From a virus (Duplodnaviria; Heunggongvirae; Uroviricota; Caudoviricetes), in the IMG/VR virus record IMGVR_UViG_2734482782_000004: 35,056 nt of DNA; one strand, written 5' to 3'. The position numbers and the translations under genes are program-made. Below the pieces are notes generated by a model. It was given only the letters and a program-made list of their open reading frames with translations, was not told the DNA's origin and made no database searches. Shown in pieces: positions 1-9,412 of this stretch (the first letter of the stretch is position 1; every line of letters starts with the position of its first letter).

Positions 1-1362
1 ATGTTTAAACCGGAACTCCTTTCCCCGGCGGGAACGCTGAAAAATATGCGTTACGCTTTCGCTTATGGCGCAGATGCTGTTTATGCGGGCCAGCCGCGTT
101 ATTCCCTGCGTGTGCGCAACAACGAATTCAACCACGAAAATCTTCAGCTCGGCATCAATGAAGCCCACGCGCTGGGGAAAAAGTTTTATGTCGTGGTCAA
201 CATTGCACCGCACAACGCCAAGCTGAAAACCTTTATCCGTGACCTGAAACCGGTGGTGGAAATGGGGCCGGATGCGCTGATTATGTCCGATCCAGGGCTG
301 ATTATGCTGGTGCGTGAGCACTTCCCTGAAATGCCGATCCACCTTTCGGTGCAGGCTAACGCCGTGAACTGGGCGACGGTGAAATTCTGGCAGCAAATGG
401 GCCTGACCCGCGTGATCCTCTCTCGCGAGCTGTCGCTGGAAGAGATTGAAGAGATCCGCAATCAGGTGCCGGATATGGAGATCGAGATCTTCGTTCACGG
501 CGCGCTGTGCATGGCCTACTCCGGTCGCTGCCTGCTCTCTGGCTATATCAACAAGCGCGACCCGAACCAGGGCACCTGCACCAACGCCTGCCGCTGGGAG
601 TACAACGTCCAGGAAGGGAAAGAAGATGATGTTGGCAACATCGTACACAAGTACGAGCCGATTCCGGTGCAAAATGTTGAGCCGACGCTGGGTATCGGCG
701 CACCAACCGACAAAGTGTTTATGATCGAAGAGGCCCAGCGTCCGGGCGAGTATATGACCGCGTTTGAAGATGAGCACGGCACTTACATCATGAACTCGAA
801 AGATCTGCGCGCCATCGCCCATGTAGAACGCCTGACCAAAATGGGCGTGCATTCGCTGAAAATCGAAGGTCGTACCAAATCTTTCTACTATTGTGCACGC
901 ACCGCACAGGTTTACCGCAAAGCTATCGATGACGCCGCTGCGGGAAAACCGTTCGATACCAGCCTGCTGGAAACTCTGGAAGGTCTGGCGCATCGTGGCT
1001 ATACCGAAGGTTTCCTGCGTCGTCATACTCACGACGATTATCAGAACTACGAATACGGTTATTCAGTTTCTGACCGCCAGCAGTTTGTTGGTGAGTTTAC
1101 CGGTGAGCGCAAGGGGGACCTCGCGGCGGTAGCGGTGAAAAATAAATTCTCCGTTGGCGACAGCCTTGAGCTGATGACGCCGCAAGGCAACATTAATTTT
1201 ACCCTTGAGCACATGGAAAACGCCAAAGGCGAAGCTATGCCGATAGCACCAGGCGATGGTTATACTGTGTGGCTCCCGGTCCCGCAGGATCTTGAGCTCA
1301 ATTACGCGCTGCTGATGCGTAATTTCTCCGGGGAAACCACGCGTAATCCCCACGGTAAGTGA
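1..1362 (+). CDS. yegQ: U32-family peptidase-like protein YegQ (host gene, left flank)
   Basis: 453-aa ORF starting at window base 1; sequence recognisable as E. coli YegQ (Cys-rich CTNACRWEY region); normal-GC host DNA; lies upstream of cyaR as in E. coli K-12. Confidence 0.88.
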   Translation: MFKPELLSPAGTLKNMRYAFAYGADAVYAGQPRYSLRVRNNEFNHENLQLGINEAHALGKKFYVVVNIAPHNAKLKTFIRDLKPVVEMGPDALIMSDPGLIMLVREHFPEMPIHLSVQANAVNWATVKFWQQMGLTRVILSRELSLEEIEEIRNQVPDMEIEIFVHGALCMAYSGRCLLSGYINKRDPNQGTCTNACRWEYNVQEGKEDDVGNIVHKYEPIPVQNVEPTLGIGAPTDKVFMIEEAQRPGEYMTAFEDEHGTYIMNSKDLRAIAHVERLTKMGVHSLKIEGRTKSFYYCARTAQVYRKAIDDAAAGKPFDTSLLETLEGLAHRGYTEGFLRRHTHDDYQNYEYGYSVSDRQQFVGEFTGERKGDLAAVAVKNKFSVGDSLELMTPQGNINFTLEHMENAKGEAMPIAPGDGYTVWLPVPQDLELNYALLMRNFSGETTRNPHGK

Positions 1363-1446
1363 TTAATTTCGATTATTTTTCCCGGATGGAAAATTCTTAG
1401 AAACCGATCACATACAGCTGCATTTATTAAGGTTATCATCCGTTTC

Positions 1447-1533
1447 GCTGAAAAACATAACCCATAAAATGCTAGCTGTACCAGGAACCACCTCCTTAGC
1501 CTGTGTAATCTCCCTTACACGGGCTTATTTTTT
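1447..1533 (+). ncRNA. cyaR: CyaR (RyeE) small regulatory RNA; its 3' terminator overlaps the prophage attL core
   Basis: 87-nt stretch gctgaaaaacataacccataaaatgctagctgtaccaggaaccacctccttagcctgtgtaatctcccttacacgggcttatttttt matches CyaR as I recall it; ends in hairpin plus U-tract; positioned between yegQ and the ogr end as in K-12. Confidence 0.75.
1507..1533. repeat. attL core (27 bp), identical to attR core
   Basis: aatctcccttacacgggcttatttttt is present at 1507..1533 and again at 34554..34580; it is the reverse complement of the P2 core AAAAAATAAGCCCGTGTAAGGGAGATT as I recall it. Confidence 0.85.
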
Positions 1534-1597
1534 ACGTACAACAAATTGAAATAAAAGGATTTATTTCTGGTCACGTCCACACATTGACCACATCGAC

Positions 1598-1621
1598 AAA
1601 AAAGCCCCTCGACTGAGGGGC
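1598..1621 (-). terminator. Rho-independent terminator downstream of ogr
   Basis: Minus-strand hairpin gcccctc-agtc-gaggggc (plus-strand 1604..1621) followed on the minus strand by TTTTTT (plus-strand A-run 1598..1603). Confidence 0.6.
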
Positions 1622-1634
1622 TTCCTGTTTGTAA

Positions 1635-1853
1635 TTACATCCACATAATTTGCTGCCCTGACGGCAACGGGTGCGGCCTTACGGCATGGACTTCTCCCGG
1701 CTTCACGATGTATCGCTGTACCGACTCATAAGTGATGAACGTGGCACTGCAATTCACGTTCTGGCACTGATGATAACGCTCTTTTGTCGTGTCAGTGATA
1801 TAGCGGCTTGTACGCGCATGTGCGGCATGCTGGCATAAAGGACAATGAAACAT
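1635..1853 (-). CDS. ogr: Ogr late-gene transcriptional activator (C4 zinc finger)
   Basis: 72-aa product MFHCPLCQHAAHARTSRYITDTTKERYHQCQNVNCSATF...; CxxC...CxxxxC zinc-finger spacing; internal ATG of the 93-aa track ORF gives the P2 length; first gene inside attL as in P2 prophages. Confidence 0.85.
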   Translation of the reverse strand: MFHCPLCQHAAHARTSRYITDTTKERYHQCQNVNCSATFITYESVQRYIVKPGEVHAVRPHPLPSGQQIMWM

Positions 1854-1934
1854 CGCGAGCACCTCTTCCGGTTTTGTTGATGGTGCCATTTTAGTTAATT
1901 TATCCTTATAAAACAAACAGATAAAATAAAAACA

Positions 1935-3098
1935 TCACTCATTATCTTCTGTTTCGTACTCCACATCAGAAAGCCTGACCTCAAGCTCCAAGGACGTCGT
2001 GAAGCCGCTATTATTCAGAAAATGTGTCACCTTAGTGATTGTCCAGTCCTGCTCGTCTATGACGCGCTTAAAGCCTGACACTTTAACCGGTGTTTCCGTG
2101 TAAATATCTGCCCGACCGGTAGCCAAGCTGATGGAGAACTCCGCAACGCCCCGTTGCAGTTTATCCCACTTCGCCTGAGCGGCGCGCATGGCCTGCGCTT
2201 TCGTGGCATATACCGTGGTCAGGGCAAAAACGTTATCAGCCTCACCGGCCATGTATTCACCTTCGCGCGCTTCCGGTACTTTAGGAGCTTTCTTCTGCGT
2301 GACTGGTTTCGCTTTCGGGTGCTCCAGTGCGCGCAGGTGTTTCTCTTTCTTTTTGCGTTTCAGTTTTACCTTCTGCTTTTGCGGCTTCGGGTCTTTGGTG
2401 TGTAACCACTTTGCCGTTACGCCGGTGTAAGCTCCACGGTCAGCAATCGCAAAATGATGACGGTCGCCGTCGCTGCGGGTGATGGTAATCTGCGGGATTT
2501 TTTTACCACTGGCCGTCACCCCCTGCCCCGCTTTGAGAAACAGCAGTTTTCCCATTTTTACCGACACCTCACCGCCGTTGCGTTCTGCAAGACGGGTCAG
2601 AAATTTCGCATCAGACTCCTGCGACTGGTCGATGTGCGGGATTTTAATTCCGGCCAGTGACGGAGCGACACTGGCTTCCAGCCTGTTACGGGAGGCTATC
2701 GCCTCAACAATCGCACCGAGCGTGGTGTCATGCCATGAGCCTTCACGGCGGGAATTGAGCGTCCCGCGAAAATCTGCACTCCGGGCGCGGATGGTGACCA
2801 CATCCGGTGCGCCCCGGTGTTCAACCTCATCAACGGTAAATTTCCCTTTGCATACCAGGGCAAAACCTTTCCAGCCGATATACACCGTCAGGACAGCGCC
2901 ACGAACCGGCAGCCCGACCTGCCCGTCGGCATCGTTCAGTTCAATATCAAGCTGGTCAGCCTCAAAGCCCCGGTTATCCGTCAGGGTCATGCTCATCAGA
3001 CGGTCGCTGATATTGCCGGTAATATCCCTGCTGTCGAGCATCAGCATGTAATCCGGCGTCAGCGTACTGCCTGCATCAAATGTCAGCGTATCCAGCAT
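1935..3098 (-). CDS. D: Tail protein gpD
   Basis: 387-aa ORF, same length and position as P2 D; tightly packed with U. Confidence 0.8.
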   Translation of the reverse strand: MLDTLTFDAGSTLTPDYMLMLDSRDITGNISDRLMSMTLTDNRGFEADQLDIELNDADGQVGLPVRGAVLTVYIGWKGFALVCKGKFTVDEVEHRGAPDVVTIRARSADFRGTLNSRREGSWHDTTLGAIVEAIASRNRLEASVAPSLAGIKIPHIDQSQESDAKFLTRLAERNGGEVSVKMGKLLFLKAGQGVTASGKKIPQITITRSDGDRHHFAIADRGAYTGVTAKWLHTKDPKPQKQKVKLKRKKKEKHLRALEHPKAKPVTQKKAPKVPEAREGEYMAGEADNVFALTTVYATKAQAMRAAQAKWDKLQRGVAEFSISLATGRADIYTETPVKVSGFKRVIDEQDWTITKVTHFLNNSGFTTSLELEVRLSDVEYETEDNE

Positions 3099-3577
3099 TA
3101 TCCCGCCCCCGTAATACCCGTGAATTTAGTCGCCACACTGCCAGCCTTACCGATGAGCGATTCCGCCTGTTTACCAATATCGCCATAAAGCGCGGCCAGT
3201 GATTCATCCACGCGGGTGAGCGACAGCGTAAAATCAATTTTCCGGGGTGTGCCGTCTGCAAAGAAAATACTCCCTGTTTCACTCACCCTGCTGATGACAT
3301 ACATGCCGTAAATCATGCCGGTGCCATCCAGCAACGGCCACGCCCGGCCTTCCTCTGCCATCAGCCTGAGCGTGGTCATCGTCAGCTTGCCGCCGGTCAG
3401 TTCGGGATAAAGCACACCGGCAAGCGTCATGTTTTCCTCGCCAACACCGAGAAACTGGTAGGCATCCCGTTTACCGATACGGGAATTTGACGGCCAGCGA
3501 TAATCTGATTCACGCTGCATGGTCTGGTGTGGCAGCGTCTGGCGCATAAAAACAAACATACCTAACGCGAGCATCAT
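3098..3577 (-). CDS. U: Tail protein gpU
   Basis: 159-aa ORF, P2 U length and position; start overlaps the D stop. Confidence 0.8.
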   Translation of the reverse strand: MMLALGMFVFMRQTLPHQTMQRESDYRWPSNSRIGKRDAYQFLGVGEENMTLAGVLYPELTGGKLTMTTLRLMAEEGRAWPLLDGTGMIYGMYVISRVSETGSIFFADGTPRKIDFTLSLTRVDESLAALYGDIGKQAESLIGKAGSVATKFTGITGAG

Positions 3578-3591
3578 TTTTAGTCACCTCC

Positions 3592-6039
3592 TTAACCGTC
3601 ATGCATCATGCTGGCACGGGCGCGCGCACGTTTATCCCGCTCGTATTTTTCGAGCGCATCCTGTAACTGGCGGTCGAGCTGTGTCCCCGGCGCAGTACCA
3701 CCCGTCAGGCTGATGTGATATTCGTTTTTACTCTGGTCTACATAAGAGCGGCCAGCAGGTGCCGTGACCGGCTGATAAGCCTGATAACCTGCATAAGAGC
3801 TGGTCGCCGGAATATAACCACCGCTGCCATACGTGGCGGCTTGAGTTCTGGCGGCGGTCTGGTCAAGTGTGTCTGACTCTTTGTTGATAACACCGAGTTT
3901 TTCCAGTACCCAGTCAATACCACTGCGCAGTTTGTTGAACGCATTAAGCGGCAGTATCAGCGCGTCAGCCAGTGCCTGCCCGAACATGACGCCCGTGTCA
4001 CGGCAACGGTTCAGGGTGTCCTGGGTGGCTTTGACCGGGGCAATCAGGTTTTTAAACCACTGCCACGCGGCCTGTAACTTTTCGCCCAGCCAGTCAAACA
4101 CCGGCTTCAGTGGCGTGAACAGTTCCCCCACCGGCGCAAATGCCGCTTTCAGCCCTTCAACCACACCGCCAAAGAATGCGCTGACAGGCTCCCAGTATTT
4201 ACGGATAAGCAACGCCCCGGCGACAATGGCGGCCACCACGGCCACAACCGGCCAGCTAATCGCCCCGATGGCCGTCATAACAGCACTGCTAACCGTCGTG
4301 AAGATTGCCCCCATTGCGCCTGCTGCCGCGATAATGGCATTGATGCCGGTGATAACCGGCCAGGCTACAAGACCAATGGCACCGATGATGCCAGTCAGCG
4401 CCAGCGCGCCACCGACAATGAGGCCGATGGTTGACGCCAGTGATTTGTTTTTCTGGATCCAGCCGTCGAGTTTTAACACATACTTTGTGGCCGTCTGTGT
4501 GAGCTTACGCAGTGCGCCTTCCTGCTGGTCAAACAGGTCAGTCCCCACCGCCTCATAAGCGGACTGAAACTCCTTAAAGTCACCGCCGAGGTTGTCCTGC
4601 ATGATATTTACCAGCTCTGCGGTCTTCCCGTCTGAGGCTTTAAACGCAGCGGTCAGTTTGTCCAGCTTTCCGGTTGAGGCGGCAGTCATCAGCACGGCGG
4701 CGGCTGAGCTGGCCTCCTCCCCGAAAATAGTTTTCATGTATTCAGCCTGCTGGGCAGTACCGAGCCGGTTTTTCTCAAAACTGGCCTGCATTTCTTTCAG
4801 AATGGTAAATACTGGTCGGGTGTTTCCCTTGCTGTCTGAGGTTTTCACTCCAAGCTCTTTGAGTGCATCCCATGCTTTTCCCGTCGGTGCCTGCAGGCGG
4901 CTTAACACGGCACGGCTTCCCGTCCCCGCCATTGAGCCTGTGATTTTTGCATCATGCAGCGCCCCGACCATTGCGGCGGTTTCTTCAATGCTGACACCGG
5001 CATTTTTTGCCACAGGTGCGGCATAGGTCAGCGCATCGCTCATGCCGTCAAAATCGGCGGCGGTTTTGTTCATCGTCATGGAGAGAACATCCCCTATATG
5101 AGCGACCTTATCGTTTGAAAGCTGAAAGGCGGATTTCATCCCCATCAGCAGGGCGGCGTTTTCTTCCATCGTGCGGCGGTTCGCCAGCGCCATATTCAGC
5201 GTGACCGGCGTTGCCGCCTGAATGGCATCAACATCCCCACCCGCTTTCGCGATGATAATCTGTGCACCGGCTGCATCATCTGCCGAGGCTGCGGTATTGT
5301 CGCCGAGCTGGCGCGCCTGCTTGCGGAGTGCGGTCATTTCGGCGGAGTCTTTTGCCACTCCTAGCACGGCCTGCAATTCTGAGTTTTTCTGCGCAAACTC
5401 ATAACCGGGCATCAGCAGCTTAACTCCGGCCATCGTTCCCGCCGCCGCAATCCCCACACCGGCAGCGCCCACCGAGGCCATATTTCCGGCCAGTTCCTTT
5501 CCGGCCTGATAACGCTGTTTTACTGCGTTAAGTTTTGCCTGTTGTGCACTGACACGCGCCAGCGCGTCGCGCTGTCGGTTAAGCTGTGCGGTGGTTTCAC
5601 TGATACGGTTTTTCAGTCCCTGCTCATCATGTGCAAGATTGCGGGTATTAATTCCCACAGCGGCCAGTTCCCGCTGCTGGCGTTTAACGGAATCCGTCAG
5701 GCGGTTATATTTCGCCTGTAAGTCCTCCGCCGCACGCTTTGCGGATTCCAGCACTTTCGCCTGAGCACGGGTCGGACGTTCGGTGTTTTTAAACTGTGTG
5801 GCAAGGGCTTCGGCCTCCTGCCGTGCCTTTTCAAGTGCATGACCAGTCACAGCGAGCTGTGCACTGGTCTTGCGGAATCCCTCAATACGGGATGCGTGAC
5901 CGTTCAGCTCGCGCAGTGATTTTTGTGTTTCCCGGATATCCCCCGACAGCGACTTACTCGCTGTGCGGATGGATTTAAACGGGCGGGATGCCTGGTCAAC
6001 AGCCCTGAGCAATACCTGTAATTTTACATTGTTACTCAT
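3592..6039 (-). CDS. T: Tail tape measure protein gpT
   Basis: 815-aa ORF (P2 T length); coiled-coil-rich N-terminal half, Ala/Gly-rich hydrophobic central segment; start ATG overlaps the E' stop. Confidence 0.85.
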   Translation of the reverse strand: MSNNVKLQVLLRAVDQASRPFKSIRTASKSLSGDIRETQKSLRELNGHASRIEGFRKTSAQLAVTGHALEKARQEAEALATQFKNTERPTRAQAKVLESAKRAAEDLQAKYNRLTDSVKRQQRELAAVGINTRNLAHDEQGLKNRISETTAQLNRQRDALARVSAQQAKLNAVKQRYQAGKELAGNMASVGAAGVGIAAAGTMAGVKLLMPGYEFAQKNSELQAVLGVAKDSAEMTALRKQARQLGDNTAASADDAAGAQIIIAKAGGDVDAIQAATPVTLNMALANRRTMEENAALLMGMKSAFQLSNDKVAHIGDVLSMTMNKTAADFDGMSDALTYAAPVAKNAGVSIEETAAMVGALHDAKITGSMAGTGSRAVLSRLQAPTGKAWDALKELGVKTSDSKGNTRPVFTILKEMQASFEKNRLGTAQQAEYMKTIFGEEASSAAAVLMTAASTGKLDKLTAAFKASDGKTAELVNIMQDNLGGDFKEFQSAYEAVGTDLFDQQEGALRKLTQTATKYVLKLDGWIQKNKSLASTIGLIVGGALALTGIIGAIGLVAWPVITGINAIIAAAGAMGAIFTTVSSAVMTAIGAISWPVVAVVAAIVAGALLIRKYWEPVSAFFGGVVEGLKAAFAPVGELFTPLKPVFDWLGEKLQAAWQWFKNLIAPVKATQDTLNRCRDTGVMFGQALADALILPLNAFNKLRSGIDWVLEKLGVINKESDTLDQTAARTQAATYGSGGYIPATSSYAGYQAYQPVTAPAGRSYVDQSKNEYHISLTGGTAPGTQLDRQLQDALEKYERDKRARARASMMHDG

Positions 6040-6459
6040 TCGTGTTTCCGCTTCGCCGGAGCGCCTTTTCGCGCCATGTGATGAGTTCGGTCAGGCTCAT
6101 GGGATACAGTTCTGATGGCGGCCAGTGAAATATCACTGCCACATCCGCCATCAGGTCATCGACCGAGAGATTTTTCGGAAACGTCACTGCACCGAGTTCG
6201 GCGACAAAAAACCGACCACCTTACCGGCCAGCGCCACAAGGTCAGGCAGTTCCAGTGCGGCGACTTCCTGCTCGGTCAGCATCGGTGCCGTCATGCGCGG
6301 CAGCACCTTAATCAGTGCATCGACTTCGGAGTTTGCGACCGCAGCCAGACTGACACCGCGCAGCGTCCCCGCACTGGGTTTCATCAGCGTGACCTGTTCG
6401 ATAACCTGCTCACCACGTTTGACCGGATTGTCCAGGGTAATCACATTTTCTTTGTTCAT
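6032..6459 (-). CDS. E+E': gpE+E' tail assembly chaperone made by programmed -1 frameshift
   Basis: Hand translation: after -1 slippage on T-TTT-TTG (plus-strand caaaaaa at 6205..6211) the reading frame continues 51 codons (VAELGAVTFPKNLSVDD...RRSGNTNE) to a TAA at 6032..6034 that overlaps the T start codon; 142 aa in total. Confidence 0.75.
6184..6459 (-). CDS. E: Tail assembly chaperone gpE (zero-frame product)
   Basis: 91-aa ORF between FII and T; contains the slippery heptamer near its 3' end. Confidence 0.8.
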   Translation of the reverse strand: MNKENVITLDNPVKRGEQVIEQVTLMKPSAGTLRGVSLAAVANSEVDALIKVLPRMTAPMLTEQEVAALELPDLVALAGKVVGFLSPNSVQ

Positions 6460-6515
6460 GGTTTTCTCACTTCTGAATCAGGGTTAACCGGTCAGCCAGG
6501 CTGACCGGATGAAAA

Positions 6516-7034
6516 TCATAGGCCGATATTTCGGCGGTGTTGCTCCAGCCGGTCGACGCCGTTCACCTTCTCAATCATGTTGATGGTGTCGATTTCGACC
6601 AGCTCCTTACCGTCCATCGTCAGCCGGAAATAGGTGCAGACCACGGAGATTTTCGACTCGGTGTCTTCTCCTTGTTTACCCTCGCCGGTGTCGATTTCTT
6701 TCTGACGTCCACGCATGACCACTTCGACGGCCACCGTTTCGCCGGTATCGTCGCGCTGGTAAGAGCCTGCAAAACGAATCGGCACGGCATCCACACCGGT
6801 TGCGGCGTAAAGCTCCCAGATAACCGAATCCGGGAAGCCCCCGAGCGACCACTCCATTGACAGCGCATCGTCATCAAGGCCGAGGTCTACCGGTGCGCTG
6901 CCGTTCATCCCCGCACCGCGATAGTTTTCGAGTTTACGGGTCAGTTTTGGCAGCGTGACGGACTTTGCAACGCCCTGATAGCTGTAGCCGTTCAGAAAGA
7001 CGTTCATTAACTTGAGTTTGCGCGGCATTGCCAT
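6516..7034 (-). CDS. FII: Tail tube protein gpFII
   Basis: 172-aa ORF, P2 FII length and position. Confidence 0.85.
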   Translation of the reverse strand: MAMPRKLKLMNVFLNGYSYQGVAKSVTLPKLTRKLENYRGAGMNGSAPVDLGLDDDALSMEWSLGGFPDSVIWELYAATGVDAVPIRFAGSYQRDDTGETVAVEVVMRGRQKEIDTGEGKQGEDTESKISVVCTYFRLTMDGKELVEIDTINMIEKVNGVDRLEQHRRNIGL

Positions 7035-7046
7035 CGGTCAGGCTCC

Positions 7047-8237
7047 TTAATTGCTGTTAACCGAGGTGACCAGATTTGCCAGGTATTTATCGGTAATACG
7101 CTGGCGCAGGGTCAGGTTTTCAAGAGGAGGAACCGGGGTATAGTCGTAGTCGATATACAGTTTTCCGGCCTTAAGGGTTTCCGCATCGTTGGATTCTTCG
7201 CTGAACCAGCAGGTCGCATCCACGATATAGCCGTTTGTTTTCAGCTCACGAAATTTGGCATTGATGCCGTCAACGATGTCGCGAATCAGCGTTGCGGTGA
7301 TGGGCTTGTCCACCGCCCACATGTGCGCCTCAGCCATCGTGTCGGCCAGCACCTGCGCGGTGCGGGTGTAGTTTTCAAAGAGGAACAGCGGGTCATCGGA
7401 GCAGGTACGGTTACCCCAGAAGCGGAAACCGTCGCGGCGAATCAGCGTAGTGACGCCTGACTCGTTAAGCAGGTCAGCATCGGTGCCGGACTCCTGCAAA
7501 TCCCAGAATACAGAGGCACTGATGCCGGTAACACCGTTTACCCCGACATTGGACAGCGTTTTATGCCAGCCCTGCTCCTGGTCGATTTTAGCGCGCAGAC
7601 CCAGCGCACGGGCGGTGGCATACGCGGTGGCGGTGGTACTGGTGACCGTATCCCATGCGAGGAAATCAGGCCAGATGACCATCAGCTCACGCTGGCTGAA
7701 ATTCTGGCGGTAGGCTTTCACCTCGGAAATGGTCTTACAGCCCCATGCGCTGATATATCCGAAAGCGCGCAGCTTCTGACAGACTGATGCCAGTGCAACA
7801 GCCACCTCTTTGGTGTCCAGTCCCGGCACGCCGAGAATACGCGGTTTAACACCGGTTACCGACTCCGCCGCCAGCAGGGCTTTCAGTCCGGTGTACTGGC
7901 CGTTTTCGTCGGTGGTGCCGATGATATTGGAAACGGTCTGCGCAAGTTTCGTTTCTTCGTCTTCGCCGGTGCCGTCTTCCACACGTACAACAACGGTGAC
8001 TGGTTTTGACTGGTCAGCGATGGCCTGCAACGACGCCGCCAGCGTGCCTTTTTTACCGGCCTTTGCAATTGCGCTCTGCACATTGGTAATCAGCACAGGT
8101 TTATTGAGGGGAAAGGTTTCCGCATCCGCATCGCTGGCCGTGCAGACCATGCCGACAATGGCAGTGGATACGGTGGAAATGACGCGGGTGCCGTCGTTAA
8201 TCTCCAGCACCTGCACGCCGTGATGATAGTCACTCAT
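7047..8237 (-). CDS. FI: Contractile tail sheath protein gpFI
   Basis: 396-aa ORF, P2 FI length and position; GGAG ribosome-binding site upstream of the ATG. Confidence 0.85.
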   Translation of the reverse strand: MSDYHHGVQVLEINDGTRVISTVSTAIVGMVCTASDADAETFPLNKPVLITNVQSAIAKAGKKGTLAASLQAIADQSKPVTVVVRVEDGTGEDEETKLAQTVSNIIGTTDENGQYTGLKALLAAESVTGVKPRILGVPGLDTKEVAVALASVCQKLRAFGYISAWGCKTISEVKAYRQNFSQRELMVIWPDFLAWDTVTSTTATAYATARALGLRAKIDQEQGWHKTLSNVGVNGVTGISASVFWDLQESGTDADLLNESGVTTLIRRDGFRFWGNRTCSDDPLFLFENYTRTAQVLADTMAEAHMWAVDKPITATLIRDIVDGINAKFRELKTNGYIVDATCWFSEESNDAETLKAGKLYIDYDYTPVPPLENLTLRQRITDKYLANLVTSVNSN

Positions 8238-8333
8238 CCGTTTAACTCCGTGGTTAATGGGTGCAACTATTTTCTGTTGTGCAGAGCATGAGACGCTATT
8301 TGACCTGGCTGGTCAGGGGATGAAACAACAGAT

Positions 8334-8359
8334 AAAGAAAATGCGGGCAATTCGCCCGC
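8334..8359 (-). terminator. Rho-independent terminator separating the cargo locus from the FI late promoter region
   Basis: Hairpin gcgggc-aatt-gcccgc (8343..8359) followed on the minus strand by attttcttt. Confidence 0.45.
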
Positions 8360-8517
8360 CTGTCCTGATTTGTACTCACTCATTTTCCGCCTGACAATTT
8401 ACATAGCCCAAATGCTATCAAATCTGACAGTCTGCTTTGAGCGAGGAGCGGACATTGAGCTTGGTCTCAAGTATGCTGATTTTTTTTAGCTAATATCTTG
8501 GTTTTTTGATCAATAGG

Positions 8518-8547
8518 TTGCTGGTCAGCCCTAGGATCAGATATAAA
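8518..8547 (+). promoter_or_regulatory. Candidate sigma70 promoter for the HNH-like cargo gene
   Basis: TTGCTG (8518..8523), 18-bp spacer, TATAAA (8542..8547), about 55 bp upstream of the ATG at 8603; read by eye only. Confidence 0.3.
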
Positions 8548-8602
8548 AAGTATGATTTTATTCTCCCCACATAGATGAAAAAAACAAAGAAGCATAACTT
8601 TT

Positions 8603-9355
8603 ATGACCAAGACAAATAGGCACAACTTTCCTCCAAGCGTTGTAGGTAAGGTAGCAGAGCGCGCTGCATATATTTGTAGCAATCCCTCTTGTCATAGGGT
8701 AACAATCGGCCCGGATCAATTGGCGGAAAATCTTTCTATCAAGACGGGTGAGGCGGCGCATATCTGCGCGGCGAGCCCTGGCGGACCGCGCTATGACATG
8801 TCTCAGTCAGAAACAGAGCGGAAGAGCATAAAAAATGCTATATGGTTGTGCGGAGCTTGTGCTGATTTAGTTGATAAGAATGGCGGTATGGGCTACCCCG
8901 CCGAGTATTTGCGAAAATGGAAACGTGACCACGAATCACTAATGAAGGAGTGCTTGGAGGGAGGAAAGAGGCTAATTTTTCAATTTCTATCGCATCGCCC
9001 AGACGAGAAAATTGCTCTGCGGGTGATCCATTTATTGGAAGACAAGAGTTCTCTTTATCTGCCATATGCTCAAGAGGATCCAGCACGAGTCTCGGATTCT
9101 TTGAAGGAGCTCCGACTCTCTCTTACGGCGATTCGCTCCGAGATTGCACCTGAGTCTCCGCTATCGTTGATCGTCGAGTCAATTGTCCGTGCGTGCCGAC
9201 ACTATATGAATTCAACGCCAGATCGGCCGGGCATTGATGAGCTTAACTTCTCCCTCGGCGCAGTTCGTAAGGTAGTAGGAATTAACATCGGAGAACTATT
9301 GAAACACTATGAAATCCAGGTGAGTCACGAATTGCATTCTATTATTCCTAAATGA
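8603..9355 (+). CDS. Cargo protein with N-terminal HNH-like nuclease motif and a C-terminal domain of unknown function (candidate defence effector)
   Basis: 250-aa ORF in AT-rich DNA at the Z/fun position; residues 25-93 read C-x4-C-H ... GEAAHICAASPGG ... N-x4-LCGAC ... DKN, resembling the HNH beta-beta-alpha-Me fold with a Cys4 zinc knuckle; own terminator at 9378..9412. Confidence 0.6.
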   Translation: MTKTNRHNFPPSVVGKVAERAAYICSNPSCHRVTIGPDQLAENLSIKTGEAAHICAASPGGPRYDMSQSETERKSIKNAIWLCGACADLVDKNGGMGYPAEYLRKWKRDHESLMKECLEGGKRLIFQFLSHRPDEKIALRVIHLLEDKSSLYLPYAQEDPARVSDSLKELRLSLTAIRSEIAPESPLSLIVESIVRACRHYMNSTPDRPGIDELNFSLGAVRKVVGINIGELLKHYEIQVSHELHSIIPK

Positions 9356-9377
9356 ATTTTAACCAATAACTCAAGTT

Positions 9378-9412
9378 GGCGAAGCCTGAAAAAGATGAGC
9401 TTCGCCATTTTT
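9378..9412 (+). terminator. Rho-independent terminator after the HNH-like gene
   Basis: Hairpin ggcgaagc-(13 nt)-gcttcgcc followed by attttt. Confidence 0.6.

Noticed and set aside
3869-5026. Several 140-230-aa ORFs on the plus strand inside the tape-measure gene T (for example 3869..4558 and 4592..5026)
   Set aside because: They are antisense to a well-supported 815-aa gene in GC-rich DNA, have low-complexity Ala/Ser/Thr-rich translations and no ribosome-binding sites; typical antisense artefacts.
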